Source: Dehalococcoidales bacterium (lineage in GTDB: Bacteria; Chloroflexota; Dehalococcoidia; Dehalococcoidales; RBG-16-60-22). From it: a DNA stretch of 64,000 bases. The stretch's first letter is position 1. The number at the start of each line of letters is the position of its first letter. The notes under the pieces were generated by a model. It worked only from the letters and a program-made list of their open reading frames with translations. It made no database searches and was not told the origin of the DNA. The stretch covers positions 3,608 through 67,607 of the forward strand of contig DAOUDY010000028.1 of assembly GCA_034430755.1 (NCBI GenBank), written 5' to 3'. This document shows, piece after piece, positions 55,084-64,000 of this stretch. A program made the position numbers and the translations under genes.

Positions 55084-56280
55084 TTATTTCCGCAGCGACT
55101 TTACCGCAGCGCTAATTCCAGCGCCGGTCTCCGTCCGGTAGCCGTCATCGGCGAGCAGCTTTTCCAGCGCGGAGAGGACGAGCAATACATTCTGCTCGGT
55201 GGATGAGTACCCCATAAGCCCGATGCGCCATACCTTTCCCTTCAGCGTTCCCAGGCCGCCCCCTATCTCGAGGTTGTAGTCACTGAGGAGACGCTGCCTT
55301 ATTTGGGCATCGTCGATGCCTTCCGGAATGCGCACCGTGGTCAGGGTGCTGAGGCGATGGCCGGGCGGGGCGTGCAGGGTAAGCCCCATCGCTTCGAGGC
55401 CGGCCTGGAGTGCGGCGCCGTTTTTGGCATGGCGCTGGATGCGTGCTTCCAGACCCTCCTCGGCAATAAGCACCAGCGCTTCGTGCAGGGCGTAGAACAT
55501 GGAGGCCGGTGCAGTGTGGTGATAGGCCCGACCGCCTTCATTTATCCAGTATTTCGAAAGCAAAGAGAGGTCCAGGTAGTAGCTGGATACAGCACGGGAG
55601 CGGTTCTGGAGAGTGTCCATGGCCTTCTGGTTGACGGTGATGGGGGACAGGCCGGGTGGACAGCCAAGGCATTTTTGAGAGCAGCTATAGCAGATGTCAA
55701 TGCCCCAGTCGTCCACGGCCACTTCATGTCCACCCAGGGATGTAACCGCATCCACCAAGAATAACGCCTCATACTGTTTGGCTAATTGAGCAGCTTCGGC
55801 GAGAGGTTGGAGAACACCGGTGGAAGTTTCGGCGTGGACCAGGGCCAGCAGCTTCACCTTTTTGCGGGATTTAAAGGCGGCCTCGATTGCTTCGGGCTCA
55901 ATAATGCTGCCCCATTCGGCTTTCAGACGGACAACTTCTGCACCGCAGCGCGAGGCGATGTTTATCATTCTATCGGCAAAGTACCCGTTATCTGCGATGA
56001 TGGCAACGTCACCCGGTTCCAGGAAGTTACATAAGCCGGCCTCCATCCCAGCAGAACCGGTGGCCGAGATGGGAAAGGTAAGCTTGTTTCCGGTCTGGAA
56101 AACGTAGCGCAGGAGTTTCATGTTACCTTCCATAACGGTGTAAAAATACGGGTCCATGTGCCCGAGCACGGGTGCGATCATAGCCTGCTGGACGCGGGGG
56201 TGAGTATTGCTGGGCCCGGGGCCGAGAAGAATACGTTGTGGGGGCTTGATTTCTTCATATGGAACGCTAGGCATTGCCAA
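55084..56280 (-). CDS. class V aminotransferase (serine/alanine-glyoxylate aminotransferase type)
   Basis: 398 aa. LLGPGPSN, SCSQKCLGCPPGLSPI (PLP-Lys context). Confidence 0.85.
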   Translation of the reverse strand: MAMPSVPYEEIKPPQRILLGPGPSNTHPRVQQAMIAPVLGHMDPYFYTVMEGNMKLLRYVFQTGNKLTFPISATGSAGMEAGLCNFLEPGDVAIIADNGYFADRMINIASRCGAEVVRLKAEWGSIIEPEAIEAAFKSRKKVKLLALVHAETSTGVLQPLAEAAQLAKQYEALFLVDAVTSLGGHEVAVDDWGIDICYSCSQKCLGCPPGLSPITVNQKAMDTLQNRSRAVSSYYLDLSLLSKYWINEGGRAYHHTAPASMFYALHEALVLIAEEGLEARIQRHAKNGAALQAGLEAMGLTLHAPPGHRLSTLTTVRIPEGIDDAQIRQRLLSDYNLEIGGGLGTLKGKVWRIGLMGYSSTEQNVLLVLSALEKLLADDGYRTETGAGISAAVKSLRK

Positions 56281-56310
56281 TCACCTCTTAAAATTTCTTG
56301 GATAAGAACC

Positions 56311-58992
56311 TTATGATTTTAGCAGACTATCGAGCATTTTACCAATGAGGGGCCTGACCTTGTCCTCGGGCAGGCAGTAGTGCATGGTGGTGAAGCTCTG
56401 CCGGAAGCGGGCTACCTCTTTGGAAACATCTTTCTCTTCCAGAATGACCGCCGCCAGGTAGTCGGCGAGCTCGGCGAAGTCGTCTTCCTTCATGCCGAAG
56501 CGGGTCATCTCCTGGACGCCGGTCCTCAGGCCGCTGCTGGCGGTAAAGCCCTCGTCATCGGGCAGCGCCTGAAAGTTGACGATGATGTTGTTTTGCTCAA
56601 GGCGTTCCGCCATCTCCACGCCGCGGGCATAACCCACGCGCAGGACAACCTGGTGCGTCTCCGTGTAGTCGACCGCGGGGTCTCCCTCCACCTGAAGTCC
56701 CCGTTCCTTCAGCGCCCGGGCGAAGGCCCTGGCATTGGACAGCACCTGGCGCTGGTAGGCATCTCCGTAGGCGTTCATTTCGTAGGCGGCCATGAGCAAA
56801 CCGAGCAGGGTGCCCAGGTGGTGGTTGCTGACACTTCCCGGAAAAGCCCGCCGCGCGATGCTCGCCCAGAGTTCGGCGTAATCTGAATCCGGGCTCATAT
56901 TGCTGGCGATGATGCCGCGCTGCGTGCCGAAGAATGTCTTGTGCGTGGAGGCGGTGACGATATCGGCGCCTTCACGCAGCGGCTCCTGGAAGTGGGGGCC
57001 GAACAGGCCGAAGACGTGGGCGGCATCATACATAATAATCGGCTTTGGCCTGATGTCAGCGATTATCCGGGCTATCTCTCTCACCGGCTCCCGGTGCAGA
57101 ATCATGCTCTTGCCGAAGATAAGCAGTTCCGGCCGGTAGCTGGCAATAAGTTCGGCGGTTCTGGCTATGTCTATCTGATACCGGTTTTGGGGAAGAACGG
57201 GGAAATTGACCACCGCCCACCGGTCGGTAACCGGGTCTATGGAGACGAAGTCCCTCAGCGTGCCCATGGTCTGGGCGCTCAGGTGGCCGCCGCGGCCAAT
57301 GTGGTGGTTCATCACGCATCTTATTCTCCTCGGCTCGGCGTGCCTGTCGGCGCGGTTCAGGTAATCCATAATGCCGCTGTACGTGGTGGCATTGGCCATC
57401 TGCCCGCTGAGCAGCCTTGCCTCCACCTCGGAGCAGCCGAGGAACTTTTTCAACTGCTCCTGCACTTCTTCCTCCACCTCGGCAATGAACTTGGTGCCCT
57501 GGTAATAAAAGGCGTCCATATTGCCCAGTGCTTCCACTTTGCGGTGTTCAGCGTACCGGCCGGAAGGGTCGGCGATGGTCAGCAATTTCACCAGCGGTGA
57601 CGCCGTCTGCTCTGAAGGTATCAAATTTATAGTGCGATTTTGCCGCCATATGGTATTGTCGCTGGCCCTTTGCACCAGATTTATGGCCAGTTCTTCCATT
57701 GCTTTTTCACCCTTTGCCGAAGCGTTGTTTTTCATATTGTTGGGCGACAGGGGGTGGGCATAGGGGGGTGCCTCACCGCCGATGTGCCGGCGGACGATTA
57801 CCGCGCTCACCGGCCTGTCCCGGATGATGACCTCTGCTCTCTGTCCTGCTGATACTTCAGCGTCAAGATAGGCCAGGCAGACGTTGCGCCGGGCAGATTC
57901 GCCGCCGGGCACGGACATGGTGCCGGAGCCTTCGAATACCCAGTAGGGCACCACCGTACCGCTGGTAACGTTCCCCACGGTTCTGCCATCAACCAGCACC
58001 TGGCTGCCGGCCCTGGCCACGCCAGCGTCCAGCACGGACATCAGGTAAACTGCTCTGGGAACGAGCAGCTCATCTTTAGGTGTGTTCAGTTTGCCTTCAC
58101 GCCGGAGCTTTACCTCCTGAAACTGCCGGTACAGCGCCTCACGCCCGATGAATTCACCTTTAATGGGGCTGAAGCTGACGGCAAACCGGGCTGCGGAGAG
58201 GGCAAATATGGGTATCTCCTTTCCCCCGGCGTCGGTGCCGAGTTCATGCCCGTAGAGGGGAAAACCGGCTTCCAGCCTCAACGTATCCCGGGCGCCAAGC
58301 CCTACCGGCGCGATGCCGAGATGGCTGCCATTATCAAGCAATTCGCGCCAGAGGGACACGGCGCTCTCGGCGGGTGGGAATAACTCAAAGCCAAGCGGCT
58401 CTCCGGTGTATCCGGTCCTGGCAATCGTGGTGCTGGCCCCCATTATTTCGGTGGTGGTCAGGTGGTTCCAGAGCGGCTCGGGAATCCCGGTTCTGTCGCC
58501 GATGACCGCTTCCAGCACCGCCTTCGTTTTCGGACCCTGCAGGGCGAACATGGCGATGCTGTCGGTGACGTTTTCCAGGGTCAGGCCGGGGTATTTGGCC
58601 GCGTGCGGCTGGAGCCACTGCCAGTCTTGCTCCGTGTTGGTCGCATTAACCACCAGCAGGTAATCATTCTCGCTTACCCGGTAGAGATAGCCATCGTCGA
58701 TAGCGCCGCCGGTCTCGTCAGGCAGCATGGTGTATTGGGCATTCCCGGGCATCAGGGCCGCGGCGTTGCTGGTCAGGACATACTGCAAAAAAGGCAGGGC
58801 ATCCTGGCCGCCGATGCGGAACCGCCCCATATGTGAGATGTCAAAGAGGCCGCCGTATTTTCTGGTGGCCAGATGTTCGGCGAGGATGCCTGTGGCATAG
58901 TGCAGGGGCATTTCCCAGCCGCCAAACGCCACCATTTTGGCACTCAGTTTGAGGTGCTCATCATAAATCGGGGTACGTTTCGCGTTATCCAT
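56311..58992 (-). CDS. fusion protein: aminomethyltransferase (GcvT-like) N-terminal domain + divergent serine hydroxymethyltransferase-like C-terminal domain
   Basis: Single 893-aa ORF. Residues 1-~405: TPIYDEHLKLSAKMVAFGGWEMPLHY...DISHMGRFRIGG...RDTLRLEAGFPLYGHEL (GcvT). Linker ~406-432. Residues ~433-893: NLIPSEQTASP, LSGQMANATTY, YDAAHVFGLFG, ASTHKTFFGTQRG (SHMT motifs, PLP-Lys). Confidence 0.8.
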   Translation of the reverse strand: MDNAKRTPIYDEHLKLSAKMVAFGGWEMPLHYATGILAEHLATRKYGGLFDISHMGRFRIGGQDALPFLQYVLTSNAAALMPGNAQYTMLPDETGGAIDDGYLYRVSENDYLLVVNATNTEQDWQWLQPHAAKYPGLTLENVTDSIAMFALQGPKTKAVLEAVIGDRTGIPEPLWNHLTTTEIMGASTTIARTGYTGEPLGFELFPPAESAVSLWRELLDNGSHLGIAPVGLGARDTLRLEAGFPLYGHELGTDAGGKEIPIFALSAARFAVSFSPIKGEFIGREALYRQFQEVKLRREGKLNTPKDELLVPRAVYLMSVLDAGVARAGSQVLVDGRTVGNVTSGTVVPYWVFEGSGTMSVPGGESARRNVCLAYLDAEVSAGQRAEVIIRDRPVSAVIVRRHIGGEAPPYAHPLSPNNMKNNASAKGEKAMEELAINLVQRASDNTIWRQNRTINLIPSEQTASPLVKLLTIADPSGRYAEHRKVEALGNMDAFYYQGTKFIAEVEEEVQEQLKKFLGCSEVEARLLSGQMANATTYSGIMDYLNRADRHAEPRRIRCVMNHHIGRGGHLSAQTMGTLRDFVSIDPVTDRWAVVNFPVLPQNRYQIDIARTAELIASYRPELLIFGKSMILHREPVREIARIIADIRPKPIIMYDAAHVFGLFGPHFQEPLREGADIVTASTHKTFFGTQRGIIASNMSPDSDYAELWASIARRAFPGSVSNHHLGTLLGLLMAAYEMNAYGDAYQRQVLSNARAFARALKERGLQVEGDPAVDYTETHQVVLRVGYARGVEMAERLEQNNIIVNFQALPDDEGFTASSGLRTGVQEMTRFGMKEDDFAELADYLAAVILEEKDVSKEVARFRQSFTTMHYCLPEDKVRPLIGKMLDSLLKS

Positions 58993-59023
58993 TAGAAATA
59001 CAATGCTTTCACCTTGATTATAA

Positions 59024-59692
59024 TTAATACCGTGAGACGTTTATTTCATACATCTTGCCGGTGACGGTGAAGACGATGCGCTCGCAGATATTGGTCACGC
59101 GGTCGGCGCAGCGCTCCAGGTTGTGGGCTACCCAGAGCAGGCGGGTAGCTCGCGTAATCGTTTTCGGGTCCTCCACCATGTAGCTGACCAGCTCCCGGTA
59201 GACCTGATTATATAGCTGGTCAACTTCATCATCTTCAGTGGCAATTGATTTGGCGGTATTTTCGTCGCAGTTCAGAAATGCGTCCAGACTGCGGTGCAGC
59301 ATGTCCACGGTCTTCTCAGTCATGCGGGGTATATCAATCAATGGCTTCAAGGGTGGCTCATCACCGATCATAACCACGATTTTGGCAATCCCTTCGGCGT
59401 GGTCACCGATGCGTTCCAGCTCCGAGACAATGTTGAGCACGCTGATGAGCGTGCGCAGGTCGCCGGCCATGGGCTGCTGCGTGGCGATAAGTTGAATGCA
59501 GGTTTCCTCGATGTCAAATCGCTTTTTGTTTATCTTCTGGTCATCGGCGATTATCTGGTTGGCCAGTTTCAGGTCGCGGTTTTTCAGCGCTTCGACTGAA
59601 CGGCTGAGCGCCTTTTCCACCATGCTGCCCATGGCGAGCAGCTCGTCCTGTATATCACGCAGCCTTTTTCGAAAGGTAGTTCGTATCTCCAT
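59024..59692 (-). CDS. phoU: phosphate signalling complex protein PhoU
   Basis: 222 aa. Two PhoU repeats (ERIGDHAEGIAK / ERCADRVTNICE). Confidence 0.9.
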   Translation of the reverse strand: MEIRTTFRKRLRDIQDELLAMGSMVEKALSRSVEALKNRDLKLANQIIADDQKINKKRFDIEETCIQLIATQQPMAGDLRTLISVLNIVSELERIGDHAEGIAKIVVMIGDEPPLKPLIDIPRMTEKTVDMLHRSLDAFLNCDENTAKSIATEDDEVDQLYNQVYRELVSYMVEDPKTITRATRLLWVAHNLERCADRVTNICERIVFTVTGKMYEINVSRY

Positions 59693-59715
59693 GGTCGGAA
59701 CCTCCTTAATTCTCC

Positions 59716-60531
59716 TTAACCGAATCTGCCGGTAATGTAATCCTCGGTTCGCTTGTCCTTCGGGTTGGTGAAGAGCTGGGAGGTGGGGCCGTATTCCACC
59801 AGTGTGCCGGCCCGGTCTTCCTCCATCATCAGGAAGGCGGCCATATCTGACACCCGCGCCGCCTGCTGCATATTATGAGTAACTATGACGATAGTGTAGT
59901 CATCGGACAGGCTCCGCATCAGGTCTTCGATTTTAAGGGTAGCGATGGGGTCAAGGGCGCTGCACGGCTCATCCATGAGAATGACCTCAGGCTCAACAGC
60001 CAGAACGCGGGCGATGCAGAGACGCTGCTGCTGGCCTCCCGAGAGGGCCAGTGCCGACTGTCCCAGCTTGTCTTTCACCTCATCCCACAGTGCGGCCTGG
60101 CGGAGGCTGTGCTCCACGATGTCTGCCAGTTCGCTGTGCCTTGTCCGGCCATGTCGCCTGGGGCCGAAGGCAACATTTTCAAAGACTGATATGGGGAACG
60201 GGTTGGGTTTCTGGAAGACCATGCCCACCCTTTTTCTGAGCTCCACCACGTCGATGTCTCTGTCATAGATGTTTATATCGTCAATGGCCACCGCGCCATC
60301 AACGCGTGCCTCGATAATCAGGTCGTTCATGCGGTTGAAAAGGCGCAGAAAAGACGACTTTCCGCAGCCGGACGGGCCTATTATCGCCGTGATTGACTGC
60401 TTTGGAATATCCAGCGATATGGTTCTCAGCGCCTGAAAAGCGCCGTAAAAAAGGTTTACCTTCTCCGTTTTCAGCTTGGTCTCATTTTTGGGAATCGTTC
60501 GCTCGTTCAGCAATGCGTAATTAAGGCTCAT
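59716..60531 (-). CDS. pstB: phosphate ABC transporter ATP-binding protein
   Basis: 271 aa. [28 protein letters not shown]. Confidence 0.95.
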   Translation of the reverse strand: MSLNYALLNERTIPKNETKLKTEKVNLFYGAFQALRTISLDIPKQSITAIIGPSGCGKSSFLRLFNRMNDLIIEARVDGAVAIDDINIYDRDIDVVELRKRVGMVFQKPNPFPISVFENVAFGPRRHGRTRHSELADIVEHSLRQAALWDEVKDKLGQSALALSGGQQQRLCIARVLAVEPEVILMDEPCSALDPIATLKIEDLMRSLSDDYTIVIVTHNMQQAARVSDMAAFLMMEEDRAGTLVEYGPTSQLFTNPKDKRTEDYITGRFG

Positions 60532-61394
60532 GAACCAAACCTCCGCTGTCGGACTCGTATTCTGATGAAAACCGCCAGGGAATTAAAAGACAATACCACA
60601 ACCAGCAGCACCAATGCAATACCCCAGATGGTGGTCTTGGGCATGCCCGGAACATGGGCCGCTGTGGTGTACAGGTGGTAGGGCAGCGCCATGAACTGGT
60701 CGAAGGGGGAGCCGGGCAACCCGGGGAGGATAAAGGCGGCCCCCACCACCAGTATCGGTGCCGTCTCCCCGGCGGCGCGACTCATCGCCAGGATGGCGCC
60801 GGTGATTATGCCGGGCAGGGCCTGAGGCAGAACGACGTGCCGAATCGTCTGCCATTTGGTGGCGCCGGTGGCCAGGCTTCCCTCCCGGTATTCCCTGGGC
60901 ACGGTGATAATAGCTTCTCTTGATGTGGTGATGGTCATGGCCAGCGCCTGACAGGCCAGCGTCAGGCTGGCGGAAAGCAGCGACATGCCGAATTTCATGG
61001 TCATCACAAATAACCCAAGTCCAAAAAGACCGTAAACAATGCTGGGCACGCCGGCGAGGTTGAGAATGGCCATGTTGATGAGGCGGGTCAGCCAGTTATC
61101 GCGGGCATATTCTGTCAGATAGATGCCGGCGAGGACACCCACGGGGAGCGAGAAAATGAGGGCCCCGAGCATAAGGTAAAGGGTGCCCACGATGGCCGGG
61201 AAAATGCCCCCGGCTTTGCCTGCCTGCGAGGGCGGCTGAGTGAGAAAATCCCAGCTTATGGCGCCGGCGCCATTGGCGATGATGTAGGCGATGATGAAAA
61301 CCACCGGGATGACCACGATGGCCACCGCCAGTACCAGCAGGCTGAAGGCGGTGCGCTGGGTTAATTCTCTTTTGCCGATGGCCTGAACTGCCAT
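60528..61394 (-). CDS. pstA: phosphate ABC transporter permease PstA
   Basis: 288 aa from ATG 61394 ([17 protein letters not shown]...). The 532-aa track ORF is an upstream out-of-context extension overlapping pst[29 protein letters not shown]-loop region. Confidence 0.9.
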   Translation of the reverse strand: MAVQAIGKRELTQRTAFSLLVLAVAIVVIPVVFIIAYIIANGAGAISWDFLTQPPSQAGKAGGIFPAIVGTLYLMLGALIFSLPVGVLAGIYLTEYARDNWLTRLINMAILNLAGVPSIVYGLFGLGLFVMTMKFGMSLLSASLTLACQALAMTITTSREAIITVPREYREGSLATGATKWQTIRHVVLPQALPGIITGAILAMSRAAGETAPILVVGAAFILPGLPGSPFDQFMALPYHLYTTAAHVPGMPKTTIWGIALVLLVVVLSFNSLAVFIRIRVRQRRFGS

Positions 61395-61402
61395 AATATA
61401 GA

Positions 61403-62344
61403 TTACCTCGTGAACTTCCGTTTCTGACGCTCCAGCACCCGGTCGGCTATCAGATTCACTGACAGCGTCATGAGAAAAAGAATCAGACCGATGGCGAATA
61501 ATGCCTGATACTGCAGTCCGCCCCGGACGGCGTTGCCAATCCCGGAGGCAATGGCCGCCGTCATCGGCATCATGGGTTCGGTTGGCGAGTAGGGTACGGC
61601 CAGGGCACCGCCGGCGACCATCAGCACGGTCATGGTCTCGCCGATGGCGCGGCCCACCCCGAGCATGACGGCAGCGGCAATGCCGGAAAGCGCTCCCGGG
61701 ATACAGACATGACGGATTGTCTCCCACCTGGTCGCTCCGAGCGCGTAGGACGCCTCCCTGAACTCTTTCGGCACCGCCCGCAGCGCGTCCTCGGAGACAC
61801 TGACAATGATGGGCAGGCTCATCATCGAAAGCATGATGGCGGCGGTGAGTCCGCTCAAACCGGTATTCAGGTTGAAGGTGCTCTGCACCAGCGGCGATAA
61901 AAGCATGAGGCCGATGAGCCCCATAACCACGGAAGGGATGCCGGCCAGAAGCTCGACGATGGGCTTCACCGTCTCCCTGACGCTGGCCGGGGCTACTTCG
62001 GCGAGGTAGGCGGCGCAGCCCACGCCGATGGGAACGGCAATGGCCGTGGCCACCAGGGTAACCCAGAGGGTGGCCACAAAGAAGGACAGCATGCCGAAGG
62101 TCGGCGGCTCCGAGACCGGATACCATTTGGTGCCGAAGAAGAATTTCAGAGGGGAAGTGTAGGTGAATACGGGTAAGCCTTCACGCATGAGAAGAAAGAG
62201 AACACCTAAAAGGACGATAATGGCCAGCAGGCCGTTGAGTAAGATAAAGCTTTCTATGGTTTTTTCACCGAAACGCCACCGCCGCCTGAGGCTCAGGGCG
62301 AGCCCAGCATCGGCAGTGGCGGATGAAGCTCCCCGCTGCAGCAT
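61403..62344 (-). CDS. pstC: phosphate ABC transporter permease PstC
   Basis: 313 aa. SEDALRAVPKEFREASYALGATRWE loop, 6 TM. Confidence 0.9.
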   Translation of the reverse strand: MLQRGASSATADAGLALSLRRRWRFGEKTIESFILLNGLLAIIVLLGVLFLLMREGLPVFTYTSPLKFFFGTKWYPVSEPPTFGMLSFFVATLWVTLVATAIAVPIGVGCAAYLAEVAPASVRETVKPIVELLAGIPSVVMGLIGLMLLSPLVQSTFNLNTGLSGLTAAIMLSMMSLPIIVSVSEDALRAVPKEFREASYALGATRWETIRHVCIPGALSGIAAAVMLGVGRAIGETMTVLMVAGGALAVPYSPTEPMMPMTAAIASGIGNAVRGGLQYQALFAIGLILFLMTLSVNLIADRVLERQKRKFTR

Positions 62345-62406
62345 GGGGGCACTATTTTCCTTTCCGCTTGTTTTCCCCGGGGGATGGCGGGCTAATTCAT
62401 TATATA

Positions 62407-63318
62407 TTATTGCAGTGGCACATAGCCAACTTCGATTACCTTTGCCTGGCCTTCAGATGAGCGGCAGTAATCAACGAATGCTTTGATAAGGCCGGCGGGC
62501 TCGCCGTTGGTATAGTAGAGGAGCGGGCGGGAAATCGGGTAGGTGCCATCCAGCGCTGTCTCCACGCTGGGCAGGACGGCCGGGTCATCCGCGGTCCTCT
62601 TTATGGCCAGAGGTTTGACCCGCTCGTCTACGTAGCCCAGTCCGGGGTAGAAGATGGCGTTTGGGTTATTGGCGACCTCGGTGATGCCTCCTTCCGTGGA
62701 CGGCAGAAAGAGCACGTCCTGGCCGTACTCGAGCGCTTTGTTCTCGGTGTCCAGCCCCTGCATCTGGACCACGTGCTCCTTGAAGAAGACGTGGGTGCCG
62801 GAGTTGGTATCTCTGGATATAGCCACGATGGGGGCATCATTGCCGCCAATTTCCTTCCAGCTGGTTATCTCGTTGGTGAAGATGGCGGAAAGCTGAGCGA
62901 TGGTCAGCTCGGAAACCGGGTTAGAGGGGTGCACCACGACGGAAAGCGCATCCGTGGCCACCTGAATTTCATAGGGGTTGACACCCTTTTCCTTGGCCTG
63001 GTCGTATTCCCTGGATTTCATCTTGCGGGAAGCCTGGGCAATGTCGGTGGTGCCATCGATGAGGTTGGCAATGCCAACGCCGGAGCCCGGGCCGCTGACA
63101 GCGATGTTCGCCTTGGGGTTCATTTTCATGAACTCCTCTGCCCAGATGGTGGTCAGGGGTGTTACCGTGTTGGAGCCGATAACCTTGAAAGAGCCGGACA
63201 GTTCCGTGCCGGTGGCAGGCGCGGGTGCCGACCGGGCACATCCGGTGATGGCGAGAGTGAGCGCCAGCAATATGGCGGCTGATATAGTGATAAATCGCTT
63301 GTTCAATCTGAATTTCAA
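62407..63318 (-). CDS. pstS: phosphate ABC transporter substrate-binding lipoprotein PstS
   Basis: 303 aa. Lipobox AITGC, GSNTV, SGPGSG, RDTNSGTH. Confidence 0.9.
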   Translation of the reverse strand: MKFRLNKRFITISAAILLALTLAITGCARSAPAPATGTELSGSFKVIGSNTVTPLTTIWAEEFMKMNPKANIAVSGPGSGVGIANLIDGTTDIAQASRKMKSREYDQAKEKGVNPYEIQVATDALSVVVHPSNPVSELTIAQLSAIFTNEITSWKEIGGNDAPIVAISRDTNSGTHVFFKEHVVQMQGLDTENKALEYGQDVLFLPSTEGGITEVANNPNAIFYPGLGYVDERVKPLAIKRTADDPAVLPSVETALDGTYPISRPLLYYTNGEPAGLIKAFVDYCRSSEGQAKVIEVGYVPLQ

Positions 63319-63483
63319 GTATATTCCTCCCAGAGATTTGTTCTATTACTTCGGTGTATCTATATACGGCAGCTCGATATCATGCTACATCTTTATGCCT
63401 TATTCGCCTCCTTTTCATGCTCTCCCCAAAAATAAGCCTTAAACACCTTTAGCTGTCCTTCTAGAAACAGAATAACAGGCGAA

Positions 63484-63523
63484 GTTTAAAGGCGATTTAA
63501 GGCTATGTTAAAGTTTGGTTAAA
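63484..63523 (-). promoter_or_regulatory. Pho-box-like array: four direct repeats with exact 11-bp phasing upstream of pstS
   Basis: TTAA cores start at 63486, 63497, 63508 and 63519. On the minus strand: TTTAACC-n4-TTTAACA-n4-CTTAAAT-n4-TTTAAAC. Confidence 0.45.
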
Positions 63524-63532
63524 TTTTATGTC

Positions 63533-64000
63533 TCAGCCTTGCGGCTCAGAGTTGAGCGGCAGGCGGAAACTGAATGTGGAGCCTTTCCCTTCCTGGCTTT
63601 TCACCCAGATGGTGCCGCCATGGGCCTGGACGACATGCTTGGCGATGGCCAGCCCCAGCCCGGTACCACCTCCGGACCGGGCTTTATCGGCTTTGAAAAA
63701 ACGCTCAAAGACCCTGGGCAAATGCTCTCTGGCGATTCCGATGCCGGTATCGGCCACGCTCACCACCACGGAATCCGCGTTCGGTACGGCGGAGACTACC
63801 GTCTTACCTCCCGGGGGTGTGAACTTGATGGCGTTGTGGACCAGATTGGTCACTACCTGCTGCATGCGCTCTCTATCAGCGCGCACGGCTGGCAGGTCAG
63901 GGTGAAGTTCGGTCGATAATGCCACCTCCTGTCTTTCCGCCTGAGGTTTGAGCCGGGCGACCACTTCTTCAATCAGCAGGTTGAAATTCACTGGCTCTCG
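63533..64000 (-). CDS. sensor histidine kinase, C-terminal HATPase part (PhoR-like by context); N-terminus beyond window
   Basis: [10 protein letters not shown]...DTGIGI...[32 protein letters not shown]. Reading frame is open to the window edge. Confidence 0.8.
   Translation of the reverse strand, partial: REPVNFNLLIEEVVARLKPQAERQEVALSTELHPDLPAVRADRERMQQVVTNLVHNAIKFTPPGGKTVVSAVPNADSVVVSVADTGIGIAREHLPRVFERFFKADKARSGGGTGLGLAIAKHVVQAHGGTIWVKSQEGKGSTFSFRLPLNSEPQG

Noticed and set aside
61395-62126. N-terminal 244 aa of the 532-aa track ORF 60528..62126
   Set aside because: This part overlaps pstC in another frame and translates to Arg/Gly/His-rich nonsense. The PstA sequence begins at ATG 61394 ([10 protein letters not shown]...).

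Overview
Gene-dense 64-kb chromosomal window with about 60 protein genes, most on the minus strand. I recognised no rRNA, tRNA, CRISPR array, transposase or integrase. The content looks like an anaerobic, monoderm-type heterotroph, possibly Chloroflexota/Dehalococcoidia-like. That guess is inference only, from lipoprotein binding proteins with Ala-Pro tethers, a 4-subunit 2-oxoacid:ferredoxin oxidoreductase and strong AGGAGG Shine-Dalgarno (SD) sites. Ordinary content: two paralogous TRAP transporter operons (P-Q-M order); a phosphotriesterase-like/RraA-like pair; a split UxaA-type dehydratase + MFS + TPP-enzyme cluster; an enolase-superfamily dehydratase; transaldolase; amidase; aminotransferases; an ADP-forming acyl-CoA synthetase-GNAT (Pat-like) protein; plsY; aroK; and a complete pstSCAB-phoU operon next to a PhoR-like kinase. 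There are also many two-component genes: a 7-PAS kinase, a CHASE4 kinase, a GAF/NarL-type pair, an HD-GYP regulator and 5 further receiver proteins. Items most worth a second look: (1) five tandem, unannotated, paralogous single-TM micro-protein genes (50-58 aa, 19226-20323, below the ORF-track cutoff). They lead into an output-less membrane-PAS protein that shares its membrane module with the divergent NarL-type kinase. (2) A single 893-aa ORF fusing a glycine-cleavage T-protein domain to a divergent serine hydroxymethyltransferase domain. (3) An Lrp-flanked operon of a 4-subunit 2-oxoacid:ferredoxin oxidoreductase plus a split B12 acyl-CoA mutase carrying the Phe/Gln (isobutyryl-CoA mutase-type) substrate residues rather than Tyr/Arg. 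(4) (Ala-Pro)n tethers and conserved intercistronic hairpins in both TRAP operons. (5) A low-GC beta-keto-acid-cleavage-enzyme (BKACE) gene behind a 620-bp AT-rich non-coding stretch. All calls come from reading the translations and sequence by eye. No database search was run, and start codons are approximate unless stated.
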